The notes under the pieces: model-generated
The model's database searches: none
What the model saw: the letters and a program-made list of their open reading frames with translations, nothing else
Told to the model about the DNA's origin: nothing
Position numbers and translations under genes: made by a program
Shown: piece by piece, positions 1 to 11,760 of the stretch
Numbering within the stretch: position 1 is the first letter of the stretch
Layout: each line of letters begins with the position of its first letter
Assembly: GCF_902713615.1 (NCBI RefSeq)
Contig: NW_024056036.1
Location: 248,001-312,000 of the forward strand
Length of the DNA: 64,000 nt
From: Scyliorhinus canicula
Lineage: Eukaryota
Reading direction: 5' to 3'

Positions 1-1142
1 TTTTTTCATTTCAATTAAGTAACATCTGTTCTAATGGATGTTTCTATACGTTTCAACCAACTGTCAATATTCTTAAAATAAACCGCTATTTTGAGTTGAA
101 CCTAATCACAAATGACTGTGTTTATCTCGTTTTGTTGATGCAAACACTTCATTGTAACCAGTGAGGTGTGTATGTAAATAAACACAGAAATAGAAGTCTC
201 AGATTAGATTATACACTGACAAAAGCACAACAACTATTTCCCCACCGACACTGCACAGAAATAGAGGCAAAGACGCAAATAGATCAACGGATTCCAGTAA
301 TTATTGTTTTTGACATTTGATTCTTCATCAGTTATATGAGAAAAAGGTCATCATGATATCCATGTTCAGAATTAGGAAAGATTCCCTCTAATCTCGAAAT
401 ATAATGACATGCAAAATATGAGTTTTCCAGTTCTTCTGTATCTGATATCTGTCCCTTTTTCCTAACTGGTTCTGTTTCATGTCTCTCCACGATGGGCCAT
501 TGCCTTTAATCGGCAACATGAAGTCAACATGTGCCGAATATAATCTCTCAGCGCAATCTTACCCCATTGGCTTCCAACTAAATGGATCGAATCCAATGAA
601 TTGGAATACATAGACACAGTTTTACTCTAAAATGTGGTTGGAGCATTCAATTACCTTGTAGTGTTTAATGAGAACTGTAGAGAAACATTTACCCAGTGTC
701 TAACCTGAGCTGAACAGGGTGGTGAGGATTTGATGTGGCAGTGCCGAAGGATCTTTCCTATATCTAACCGGGCTGACAGAGATAGATAGTCTCTTGATTA
801 ATAAGGGAATATGGGGTTATGGCGAGAAGGCAGGAGATAGGCTATTAGAAACATAACAGTCATGATTGAATGCGGAGCACGCTCGATTGGCCTAATCTTC
901 GAATTCTGCTCCTGTGCCTTTTGGTTTTATGGTAGGAAGACCATCTATGGACTATCTTAGAATAGATAGGTACCTGATTGCCATCGCAGATATGGTGGGT
1001 GACGGGCATCTTTCTGTATTGTAAACCTCTAACTCTCCATGACTCCATGCCAAGGTCTAAAACGATTATTACTCATATGGGGTGGTGATTAACCTAAACT
1101 AATCTAATAATATTTGTTTCACAAGTAAACTGACATTAGCCC

Positions 1143-1345
1143 TGCAATGAAGTCACTGTGAAAAGATCCCAGTCGCCACATTCCGCCGTCTGTTTGGGTA
1201 CACAGACGGAGAATTCAGAACTGCACATCTTTCGGGACTTGTGGGAGGAAACCGGAGCACCCTATGGAAACCCCCGCAGACACGGGGAGAACGTGCCGAC
1301 TCCGCACTGACTGGGACTCTGGCGCTGTGAAGCAACAGTGCTACT
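1143..1345 (-). mobile_element. tRNA-derived V-SINE (HE1-like), degenerate
   Basis: Reverse complement of the V-SINE core (ggaggaaaccggagcacc...cgcagacacggggagaacgtg). Confidence 0.75.
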
Positions 1346-2744
1346 GAGATTGGATACAGTGCAGTGATTACTGATGCAAGGTCTCAACTAGCATAAACCG
1401 AAACAGGTTCTAGTTCAGAAATTACTGATACAAAGGTTGATTGCCCTTAAATGATATAGAGCAGTGATTATTGATTCAGGGTCTGGAATATTATAAACTG
1501 AGGTAGGGTCTCTTGCAGTCATTCCTGCTACAGGGTCTGGATTAATATATGTGTAAAGACTTATTAGGACAGATGATTAAAAACTTGGTCGACGAGGCAG
1601 GTTATATGGGATGATTTTATTAAGGGAATTGAGGTAAAGAGGAGTGGGGAATGAATACCAGAGCTTAGGGCCGAGACGCATGAAGACATCGCAAAGCAAA
1701 ACAATTAATTCTGAACATAACATAACGTCTTGATAAATTACAGTTGCAACACTCCAGAACAATATTTTATATGCACAACTGCGTGAACGGCCAATCCCTT
1801 TTTGAAGTGAATTCACTTGCTGTTCTTAACCAGATGAGAGTTCTATGATTGTGTGGACATTTATCCTGTGGGAGCCATTCTAGTGATTCTGTGAGAGCAC
1901 TGATCTGCCTCACACTGCCAGTATATTAGGCGTTTAGTGAATATAAAACGAAGCAGAAAAAAAATCCTCACCATGAAAACCAGTTTCCAATGGATAGAGT
2001 GTAATACAAGAGTAAATTCATCGTTTTGAACATAACAAAGATTTCCATTAACTTTTGGAAATTGCAGTGCAGCGATATTCACATGTAGACCTGTCCCTCA
2101 AGTCCAGTACATTACTGGGACGTTGGTAAAATATTAAACTCAATATTACCCACATGATAGCAGAGCAAATACAAATTTCATAGAACTACTTATAAGTATC
2201 AACAAGAATTAATATAATCTCCAAATCAACAATGATTGTACTCGTACAAACAAGCAAATATATACAATCATTTAGAATATCGTGACAGGCAACAGGAATA
2301 TGGTCCGGTAAAATATAAACAGAGACTGACCCTGGTGTGCTATTTTTGGAATAACTGATATTTTATATAGAGCCAGTGGAATTCCCTATCACCATTGCCA
2401 TCGTGTCAGAATAGGACCTAAGACTAGTAAAAGACCAGCCTCTGAAAATTAAATTGACCCATGTAAGACTGGACCCATAGTTTGAACTTTAGATTCACCG
2501 AGCAATATTTCAGAATGTCAAAATGCAAACCATGATGATTCTCTCTGTGGAATCACTATCACCTCCCACAACAGATACCTCCGCACATGATCCAATTGTT
2601 CCATCTTTTCGATGGGGGGATATTACAGTCTTCGGGATAGTCTCGCAATATTATTACAAAACTGGTAATCTGGAGGCCTGAGCTAATACTCCAGACACAG
2701 GAGTACAAATTCCACCAGGTCATATTGTAATGTTGTGATCTGCT

Positions 2745-2830
2745 CCGTCGGGAGCAGTGCTCCGAAAGCTAGTGTTTGAAACAAACCTGTTGGACTTTAA
2801 CCTGGTGCTGTAAGACTTCTTACTGTGACC
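2745..2830 (+). mobile_element. Penelope-like element terminal fragment
   Basis: gctccgaaagctagtgtttgaaacaaacctgttggactttaacctggtgctgtaagacttcttactgtg matches the terminus of the Penelope element at 52125-52192. Confidence 0.75.
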
Positions 2831-2839
2831 ACCGAGACT

Positions 2840-3285
2840 GAAATGGGGAGAGCTTAAGTCGGTTAGGCCTACACGAATTGGAGTTTAGAAGAATGAGAGG
2901 CGAAGTTACTGAGATATATAGTATTCTCAGGGGGCTTGACAATGTAGATGTTCGAGGTTGTTTCCGCTTTTGGGAGAATCTAGCACCATAGGGCACAATC
3001 TCAGTGTAAGGTGCCACTCATTTCAGACGAGGATGAAGAGGAATTTCTTCTCTCAGAGCGTAGTGCTTCTATAGAATTATTTGCCGTAGAGCGTTCGCCT
3101 GGTCAATAAACATGTTCAAGGCTGAGACAGATATTTTTCATCAATAAGGGAATCAAGGGTTATGGGAATAAAGTGGAACTGTGGAGTTGAGGATTTTACC
3201 AGATTTGCCACCATCTCATTGAATGGCAGATCAGATTCCATGGGCCGAATGGCCAAGTCCTGCTCCAAATCCTATGGGTTTTTTG
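2840..3285 (+). mobile_element. CR1 LINE 3' end, degenerate
   Basis: Similar to the ORF2 C-terminus and 3'UTR of the CR1 at 46490-46940 (gagtttagaagaatgagagg, aagggaatcaagggttatggg). Confidence 0.75.
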
Positions 3286-3859
3286 CAGCTGTAGAGACTT
3301 TCAATTGAATGGCTTAATCAATCAACCAAAAATCGTCGCGTTGTTTATACTTCCGAAGAAATTGAAATTTTGCACGAAGCCCAGCAGGTTCACCAGCGTC
3401 CTTCAGAAGAAAGCTTCCCTCCTTACTCTCTCTGGCCTATATGTGTCTCTATTTCAACAATGATGTGGTTGACTATTAACTATCTCTGATATTGCCGAGC
3501 AAGCAAGTCAGTTGAAGGGAAGATGCTGCAGAAAGTCAAATGTGAATAAAATCGCTCGAAGTGCACCTCATCAAAAAGATGGTTCACATCCGGCTTCTCA
3601 GGATGGACAGTTAATGCTAACTTTGTCACTGATGGCTACATGGCGAGAATTAATCCAAAACTGTGCAAAGTGCTGCAGATTCTGGAAATCTAAAACAAAA
3701 ACAACAAAAAAGACTGCGGAGCAGGACAGTGGGCATCAGCAGAGAGAGAAACAGATTCACATTTCAGATGGATTACCTCACTGATATAATTCTAAAGGGC
3801 AGAGCTGCTTTTCCCAGTATGTTGGACCAATGTACGTTCTTCATCTAAAATCACAAATT

Positions 3860-4030
3860 AGCTGGTCACTTATCACATCTCAGTTTGTGGGAGCTTGCTG
3901 TGCGCAAATTCCATGCTCTGTTTCCAACATTACAGCAGAGACTAAATTCAGCAAAAAAAATCAGTGTGTTTTAAGGGCGTTGAGGTGACCTGAGGTCGCG
4001 TAAAGTGTTTTACAAAAGCAAGCTCTTTCC
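3860..4030 (+). mobile_element. Ancient SINE tail fragment (Deu/SacSINE-like)
   Basis: tgtgggagcttgctgtgcgcaaatt...tttccaacattacagcagagact...tgaggtcgcgtaaag resembles, from memory, the conserved Deu-type SINE 3' domain. An inverted copy lies near 56780-56930. Confidence 0.4.
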
Positions 4031-4769
4031 AAATGTTAACATTTTTAAAATGCTGGTTGTAATATGTTGAAAGATCTGAGATTGATGTGACTATAGATCA
4101 CTCCTCTGCTTGATGTTTTAATCTATCTACTTTAAATAGGTTAATATTTCAATCAAATTAACGTTCAGTGGAAAAGTAGCTGGTTAAAGATGCTTTATTA
4201 ATTGAGGCATCAGAACTTTCAGAATGAATGCTTAATTTAAAGTATTTTTTTATTTCAATTAAGTAACATCTGTTCTAATGGAAGTTTCTATTCATTTTAA
4301 CCAACTGTCAATATTCTTAAAATAAACCGCTATTTTGAGTTAAAACTAATCAATAAGTGACTGTGTTTATCTACTTTTGCTGACATGAACACGTCATTGT
4401 GGCCAGTGAGGTGTTTATGTAAATAAACACAGAAATAGAAGATCTAGATTAGATTGCGGATTGAGAAAAGCAAAACAAATGTTTCCCCACCAACACCGCA
4501 CAGAAATAGAGCCAAAGATGCAAATAGATCAACGGATTCCAGTAGTGTTTGTTTTTCGACATTTTTTTATTCATCAGTTATATGAGAAAAATGTCATGAT
4601 GATATCCATGTTCATAATTAGGAAATATTCCCTTTAATCTCTAAATATAAGGATATATCTCTAAATGTCCTGTATCCTATCTCTCTTTGTGTCTTTCTCA
4701 TAACTGGTTCTATCTCATGTCTCTCCACGATGGGTCATTGTCTTTAATCGACATGTGGCCAACACTAAT

Positions 4770-4908
4770 AACAATTTTACTGTGAAAATCCCCGAGTCGC
4801 CACATTCTGGCGCCTGTTCTGCTAAGCTGGAACGGGAATTGAACCCGGGCTGCTGGGCATGTTCTGCATCACAAACCAGCTGTCTAGCCCACTGAGCTAA
4901 ACCAGCCC
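4770..4908 (-). mobile_element. Short tRNA-derived SINE
   Basis: The reverse complement begins gggctggtttagctcagtggg (A box) and contains ggttcaattccc (B box). It is absent from the paralogous sites near 540 and 56030. Confidence 0.75.
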
Positions 4909-5029
4909 TCTCAGCCCGAACTCACCCCGTTGGCTTCCAACTAAATGCATCGAATCCAATGTATTGGAATCCGTCGAGGGAGTTTTACGCTAAAATGAGG
5001 TTGGAGCATTCAATGATCTTGGAGTGTTT

Positions 5030-5590
5030 AATGAGAACTGTAGAGACAAGTTTCCTCTATATCTGATCTGGGCTGCACATGGTGGTTGAGGATTTGACGT
5101 GGCAGGGTCGAAGAATCTTTCCTTGCACTTAATCCAGCTGCCGAGACCTTGGAGCATTTGACTGAAGAGTGTAGAGCAAGTTTACTTGCATGTAACCTGC
5201 ACTGAACCTGCCCTGTGAGTGTTTGATATGACTGTGCACAGGGAGATTTACTCCGTATCTGAACTGTGCTGTACCTGACCTGGGTGGGTTTGATGGGGAA
5301 ATGCAGAGGTTTCTTTACCCAGTAACTAACCCCACTGTCAACCTGTCTTGGGGATCTCTGAAGGAAGAGTGCAGAAGAGGTTTTGCCTGGTATAGAACTC
5401 TTGGTTTCTAGGCCTTTAATGTGTTTGAGCGAGAGGGAATTTAATTATATATCTGAACAATCTGCAGCTGCTCTGAGAATGTTTGATGGGGACAGTGTAA
5501 GGGAGTTTCTCTTTGTCTCCAACCTGTGATGCACCTGGCCTGCGAGTGTTTGAAGGGACAGTCGTCCCTGGCTCTGTATTGCACCAGGCT
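5030..5590. repeat. Degenerate ~55-60 bp tandem repeat (acagtgtagagggagttt...gtgtttgatggg type)
   Basis: Recurring gtgtttgat(g)gg / actgtagag / ctgtacctgacctgg motifs. Confidence 0.55.
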
Positions 5591-6254
5591 GTGAGCCCGT
5601 CTCTGATTATATTATACTACCTTGTACCTGTGTCAGTTTATATTAAATAAGGACCTATTTCTCTTTGTTCATATTAAACTAGGCCACCAATTAAAGGACA
5701 TGTCTTGATCAATAAGGCGTTCAGAAGTTATTGGGAGAAGGCAGGAGAATGGGGATTAGGAACATATTGGCCATGGTTTAATGACGGAGCAGTCACGATG
5801 GGTCGAATGGGCTAATCCTGCTCCAATATCTTTTGGAGTTATGGACCCAGTTTGTCTCTCTTTACATTAACCTAGAACCTGACTCTGCTTCTATTAATTT
5901 AAACCTGTCTCTGTATTACATTAGATACAGCTTCAGTTCTGCCCTGGACCATATCTCTGTTCATATTACATTGGACTCAGCCTCAGTAATTGCTGCGGTG
6001 GACCATGCACAATAATTTGGAAAGTGGCTGAGGTGGAATTGTGAAGATTAAAAAAAAACTGAGGGAAATGTGAGAGTCTAAAATTCTTCAGCAAGCAATG
6101 CTGATCTATGTCCAGATAAACAACATAGTCTGGCTTGTCAGCACCCTCGATGCATCTACATACAAGCGCAGACCTCCCTGATCTTCTTGCAGCCACTTCA
6201 AATTGTTCAACTGAACTATTGCTTGTGCCTAGTGCAATAAACTAAGGGAATGGA

Positions 6255-6477
6255 GGGGCAGCACGGTGGCCTAGTGGTTAGCACAGCTGCTTCACGGCGC
6301 TGAGGTCCCAGGTTCGATCCCGACTCTGGGTCACTGTCCATGTGGAGTTTGCACATTTTTCCCGTGTCTGCGTGGGTTTCACCCCCACAACCCAAAAATG
6401 TGCAGAGTAGGTGGATTGGCCACGCTAAATTGCCCCTTAATTGGAAAAATTATTGGGTAATCTAAATTTATTTAAAA
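6255..6477 (+). mobile_element. HE1-like V-SINE, full length with target-site duplication (TSD)
   Basis: ggggcagcacggtggcctagtgg head, V core and A-rich tail. 15-bp TSD aactaagggaatgga at 6240-6254 and 6478-6492. Confidence 0.9.
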
Positions 6478-7049
6478 AACTAAGGGAATGGAATAGTTGT
6501 AATTGTGTAACAGAAACAAAGGGCCATTAGATAAATAACTGAGACAGAACCTAATGTTGCAGCAACATTCATTCTCTTCACAACAGACACACAGTAGCTG
6601 CATTGTGTAACATCGACGGGATGCACTGCAGAAATTCGCCAAGAATTCTTCAACAGTACCTTCCATACCCGAGACCTCCGAGAATCACAAGGGTACAAGG
6701 GAACACGATACTCTGCATCCTCCTACACAAAGAGCTCTCTGGGGTAGGAATTGGTCTTGGGTACCGGCAACGACGTAATGCCAACTGAAATCAAATTATG
6801 TTGACTGCACTGAAAATGAATATCAAATGTTGCATAGCACACACTGTAGACACTATACATCCCGTTTCAGGCTGTTGCCATATACTGATTTCTTGTCCAA
6901 AATATCTATTTATTATATTATCTTTCCATCTCAAAGACATGTGGAATAATGCGCCCACAATTCAAAATAGAGTCATCATCTGGTGCATTAATAAAAGTGA
7001 GCAGGTCTCGGAAAAAATAGGCAGATTCAGGATCAAATATAGAATCCCT

Positions 7050-7337
7050 ACAGAGCAGAACGTCACTCGGCCCATAGCATCTGCCCCGACCTCTGAAAGA
7101 ACATCTTCCCCAATCCCCTGCCCTTGCAACATGACCTGCGCATCCCTGGACACTAAGGGGCAATTTAGACTAGCCAATACACCGACCTACGTATTTTTGG
7201 ATTATGGGAGGAAACAGGAGCATCCGGAGGAAAGCCACTCAGACACAGGGAGAAAGTGCAAACTCCACACCGATCGTCAAGAATTGAACCCTGGAGCTAT
7301 GAAGCAGCAGTGCTAACCACTGTGCCATCATGCCGCC
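7050..7337 (-). mobile_element. V-SINE with CR1-like tail
   Basis: Reverse complement of the V-SINE head and core (gtgctaaccactgtgccatcatgccgcc; gggaggaaacaggagc). Confidence 0.75.
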
Positions 7338-7889
7338 GATAACATAATCAGAGACTGGGTCTAGTGCAATATTAACTGAGTTGTGGTCCAGCGGAGTGCC
7401 GATTGATACAAATTGAGACATGATCAATGCAGCAATAAGAGGGATATCGTACAGCACAAGAATAACATGGGCAGGGGCTAGTGTTATATAAACAGGGACA
7501 TGGACAGGTGTAGAATTAACTAAAGCAGCATTGGGTTTATTAGAATCTAACTATCTTGTCGAGTAATAGCTGAGACCGAACCACGTGATGCAAACAGAAC
7601 GTTGTTCCAGTTTACGATGCACAGATAAACGTTCTGATGCTGTAACCATTGTGACGTGTTTCGTGCCAGACTGACCGAGACATGATTCAGTGCAGTTATT
7701 ATTAATGATTTGTAATATAAACAGGATGTGGGCCTGTATATTAACAACTGATATTCAGCCGAGTGCAGGGAAACTGAGACATGACCTGTTGCAATGTGAT
7801 AGAGACACGGCGAGTGTAATGTAAACAGAGGCGGAGGTTAGGTGAATGTAAGCTGAGAGATATGTTTAAAATGATTTAATGGCATCTTG

Positions 7890-9680
7890 GTGCCACCAGT
7901 AACGTCAGCATTTGATGCCAATTCCTAATTGCCCTTGGGAATGTGGTGTTGAGCCCGCTTATTGAACCATTGCATTCCATTCTGTGCAAGTGCACCCACA
8001 GAGCTGATAGGAAGGGAGTTCCAGGATTTTGACCAGTGACAGTGAAGGAACAGAGATATAGTTCCCATCTTCTGCACTGTAAATTCTATGAAATCTATGA
8101 AGATGGTGTGAGGCTTGTCGGGGAACTTGCAGGTCCTGCTGTTACAATGCGTCTGTCGGGCCTGGTCCTTTTAAATGCCTGCGTTCGTGGGTTTGGAAGG
8201 TGGTACAGAAGGAGGCAGTTGCTGCAGTACATCCTTCTATATCGCTCACGCTGCTAGAATTGTACACCCGTGATGCAGGGAGTGAATGTTTCAGCTGGTG
8301 GATGGGGTGTTCCTCGAGCCGGCCGCTTTGTCCTGGATGGCGTTGAGATTCTCGAGTGTTGTTTGAGGGGCGCACTTCAGACAAATGGAGAATATTCAGT
8401 TAAACTCCTGACTTCTGCCTTCTAGATGATGAGTAGGGGTTGGGAAGTCAAGAGGTGAGTAACTCACCGTAAAATTTCCAGCCACTGACCTGCTCTTGTA
8501 GCCACATTATTTAAATGGTTGTTCCAGTTCAGTTTTTGATCACTGCTAATGATGGTGGGGGATTCAATCAATGTAGTGTCATTTAAAATCAAGGGGAGAT
8601 GGTTAGCATCTCTATTTTTGGGGTGGTCAGTGCCTGACGCTTGTCAGCCCAAGCTTGAATGTTGTCCAAGTCTTACTGTATATGAAGACAGACTGCTTCA
8701 GTATTTGAGGAATCGAATATGGTGCACAACATTGGATAATCATCAACGAACATCCCCACTTCTGACCTTATGATGAAGGGTGAAGCTAGGGCCGGAGACA
8801 CTATGCTAGGACACTATACGTGACAGGATGCTCCTTGACACTTTTCATGAAGTTGCTGATGATCGAATGCGGACTGATAGGCCAATAATTGGCCGGGTTG
8901 GATTTTTCCTGCCTTATGTGGACGGGTCATGTTTGGCAATGTTACACATTGTTGGGTACGTGTCAGTGCTATAGCTGCACTGGAGCAATTTGTCTGGGGC
9001 GCAGCCAGTTCCAGGCCACACATCTTCAGTATTGCTGCTAGGGCAGCACGGTAGCATTGTAGATAGCACAATCGCTTCACAGCTCCAGGGTCCCAGGTTC
9101 GATTCTGGCTTGGGTCACTGTCTGTGCGGAGTCTGCACGTCCTCCCCGTGTGTGCGTGGGTTCCCTCCGGGTGCTCCGGTTTCCTCCCACAGTCCAAAGA
9201 TGTGCGGGTTAGGTGGATTGGCCATGCTAAGTTGCCCTTAGTGTCCAAAATTGCCCTTAGTGTTGGGTGGGGTTACTGGGTTATGGGGATACGGTGGAGG
9301 TGTTGACCTTGGGTAGGATGCTCTTTCCAAGACCTGGTGCAGACTCGATGGGCCGAATGGCCTCCTTCTGCACTGTAAATTCTATGTAAATGTTGCCAGG
9401 CATAATGTGCCGTCAGCCGTTTCTTGATATCGTGTGGAGTGAATCAAATTTGCCGAAGACTGACATCCATGATGATGCAGACCACCGGAGGAGGCCGAGA
9501 TGGATCATCCTCTCGGCACCTCTGGCAGAAACTTTCAGTCTTGTTTTTTGCACTGACGTGCTGGGCTCCCGCATCATTGAAGAGGGGAATTTTATTGAGA
9601 CTCCTATTCCGGCCTTTTGTTTATTTATTCATTACTATTCAGGACTGGATGTGGCAAAACTGCAGAGTCAGATCCTGTAT
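7890..9680 (-). mobile_element. Degenerate CR1/L2-type LINE fragment, interrupted by a SINE at 9041-9386
   Basis: Shares sequence with the LINE fragments at 11040-11760 and 22090-23300 (the latter gives RT-like peptides). Confidence 0.55.
9041..9386 (+). mobile_element. V-SINE (HE1-like) with CR1-derived tail
   Basis: gggcagcacggtagc head; core gggtcactgtctgtgcggagtctgcacgtcctcccc; tail gggccgaatggcctccttctgcactgtaaattctatg. Confidence 0.88.
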
Positions 9681-11039
9681 ATTGAAAATAGGATCGCATT
9701 GATTGTGTGATATAAACATTGACAAGTACTGGTGCAGTATTAATTGAAACAGAGTGTCGTGTATAAAAACAAAGACAGTGTCTAGTCTACCAAACATACA
9801 GATGGAGTCCAATTTAAAATTAGCAGAGGCAGCAGTAATTATTGAGGCAATGTCTGCTTCATGTGATGCAAGTCATCTCGATTTATATTCCATCTGCTGG
9901 CCAAACTTTGCAATTGCAGTTGCTGTGAAAATGTTGCTGTCAGGTATAATCCATGATGTTGATGTATCCATTATCCATTTCCACAAATGTAATATCACAT
10001 CGCCTTCTACGGGAGGTGACAAAATTTAAAGTGTAACTAATTGCAGGTGTCGGTGGCTGATTCTCCCACATTGAGATCAGCACCAGAGCAAAGCGGCTCA
10101 ATTCCTGGTAAAGCGTTTTTGTTCATCTTTGTTAAATAGAGGAATGTTTACCTGGGCGCTGTATGGAGTCCATGGGAAATGTAACATTCATCTCACAAGC
10201 ATAGTGTTGGGGAGAGTTTATTGATTGATTATACCACCTGCAAAATGGTTGGGGCCATTGTGTCCGAAGCTTCCCAGGAAGTTAACATGGGATTTTAATT
10301 TTAAAGGGGAAATATGTGTGTGCGTGTAAAACAGAGATAATGCGTGTGTGAGAGACTGTGTGTGTGCGTGTGTGTGGCTGTGTTTGTGTGAAACACATGT
10401 TGCATACAAATTTATCAAAGGCCACGGCATCATTCTATTTTCAATGGATACACAGCAAATATTACCACAAATGTTGCACACGAAGCTCCAAATTGTCGTT
10501 CTGTGTTGCCGTTTTCTCGGTTTTTGTCTATTTCAAAGCTGCTAAATCCACTGATCCTGATGGTTCACACCAGCCCACCGACAGTGTCGAATGTTTATTG
10601 AGATTGATGAAAGTAATGTGAAGAAGTAGACATGTGGTAGAAAGAGCAGATCAAGTCCAGAGTAAATCTTGCGACACAAACACAGCACCTTACTTCCAGC
10701 AACATTTCGCCTGCAAGCAGATGAAGTGTTTAAAGTGTGAAGCCAGCAAAGGCCTTCCCGGTGATGCTGAGTGAGATATGTCAATAGTTGTTGCACTTCC
10801 CTCTGTCCACTTTGTTTTCCGATATTGGTTATGATTTTACATCATGAATCTCCTGTGGGATGCCTTATACCTTCCAGCAGAGAAGGCGGACGCCATAAAT
10901 GGTCAGAAACATAGCAATTATATTCACCAATTTTCATTAATTTATGAATATAAATGATTAGATTCACCAATTGCCATGGTTCCACAAAGTCCTGTTTTAA
11001 ATGAAGTTATACGGTATGGGCATCGAGGGCTAGGCCATG

Positions 11040-11760
11040 ATTTATTGTCCATCGCTAATTGCCTTTCACAAAGAGGCGGAAAACTGCTTGTTTGAACCTC
11101 TGCAGTCACTCTGGTGTAGGTACACCGACGATGTTGTTAGGGAGGGAGTTCTAGGCTTTTGAGCCAGCGACAGCGAAGATTCGGTGATATATTTGCAAGT
11201 TAGGATAATGAATGATTTGGAGGGGAATTTCCAGGTGGTGATCTTACTATGCATCAGCTTCTAGAAGGATATGGTCCTGGGTTCAGAAGGTGTTTCGAAA
11301 GGAGATTTGCTGCGTTCCTGCAGTGTATGTTGTGGATGGTACATTGTTGCCATTATTCGCTGGAGGTGGATGGAATGAGTGTTTGCACATGGGGTGACAA
11401 TAAAGCTTCTTTAGCCTGGATGGTGTCGAGCTTCTTGAATTTTGTTGGAGCTGCACCCAGCCAGGCAACTGGAGAGTAGTCAATTACAATCCTGGCTTAT
11501 GCTTTGTAGATGGTGAACAGGCTTTGGGAATCAGGAGGTGAGTTGCGCACCGCAGGCTTCCTAGACGCTGATCGGATCTTGTAGCCTCAGCATTTATATG
11601 GTCAGTCTAGTACAGTATCTGGTCAATGGTAACCCCAGTGTATTGATCGTGGGGAATTCAGCGATGACAATATCAGTGAATGTCAAGGAGCGATGGTTGG
11701 ATTCTATTTTGCTGGAAATGGTTATTGTTTAGCAATTCCGTGGAGAATGTCGCCAATTGT
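11040..11760 (-). mobile_element. Degenerate CR1/L2-type LINE 3' fragment
   Basis: Same family as 7890-9040 (gggagggagttc, ttgttggagctgcacccagccaggc). Confidence 0.55.

Larger units (their letters stand above)
1..5050. repeat. Left arm of a multi-kb segmental repeat (about 1.2 tandem units, period ~4.24 kb; probably continues left of the window)
   Basis: aagtaacatctgttctaatgg at 17 recurs at 4261, with collinear similarity over ~600 bp. Blocks across 1-5050 match 52200-61000 as reverse complement. Confidence 0.85.

Noticed and set aside
4518-4525. Perfect octamer ATGCAAAT (and ATTTGCAT at 57832-57839)
   Set aside because: Both lie in flanking segmental repeats more than 10 kb from V or C, and the 4518 site is not conserved in its paralog (ACGCAAAT near 275).
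6255-6330. tRNA-like A/B box sequences at SINE heads (many copies)
   Set aside because: They are tRNA-derived SINE heads joined to V cores and tails, often with TSDs; they are not tRNA genes.
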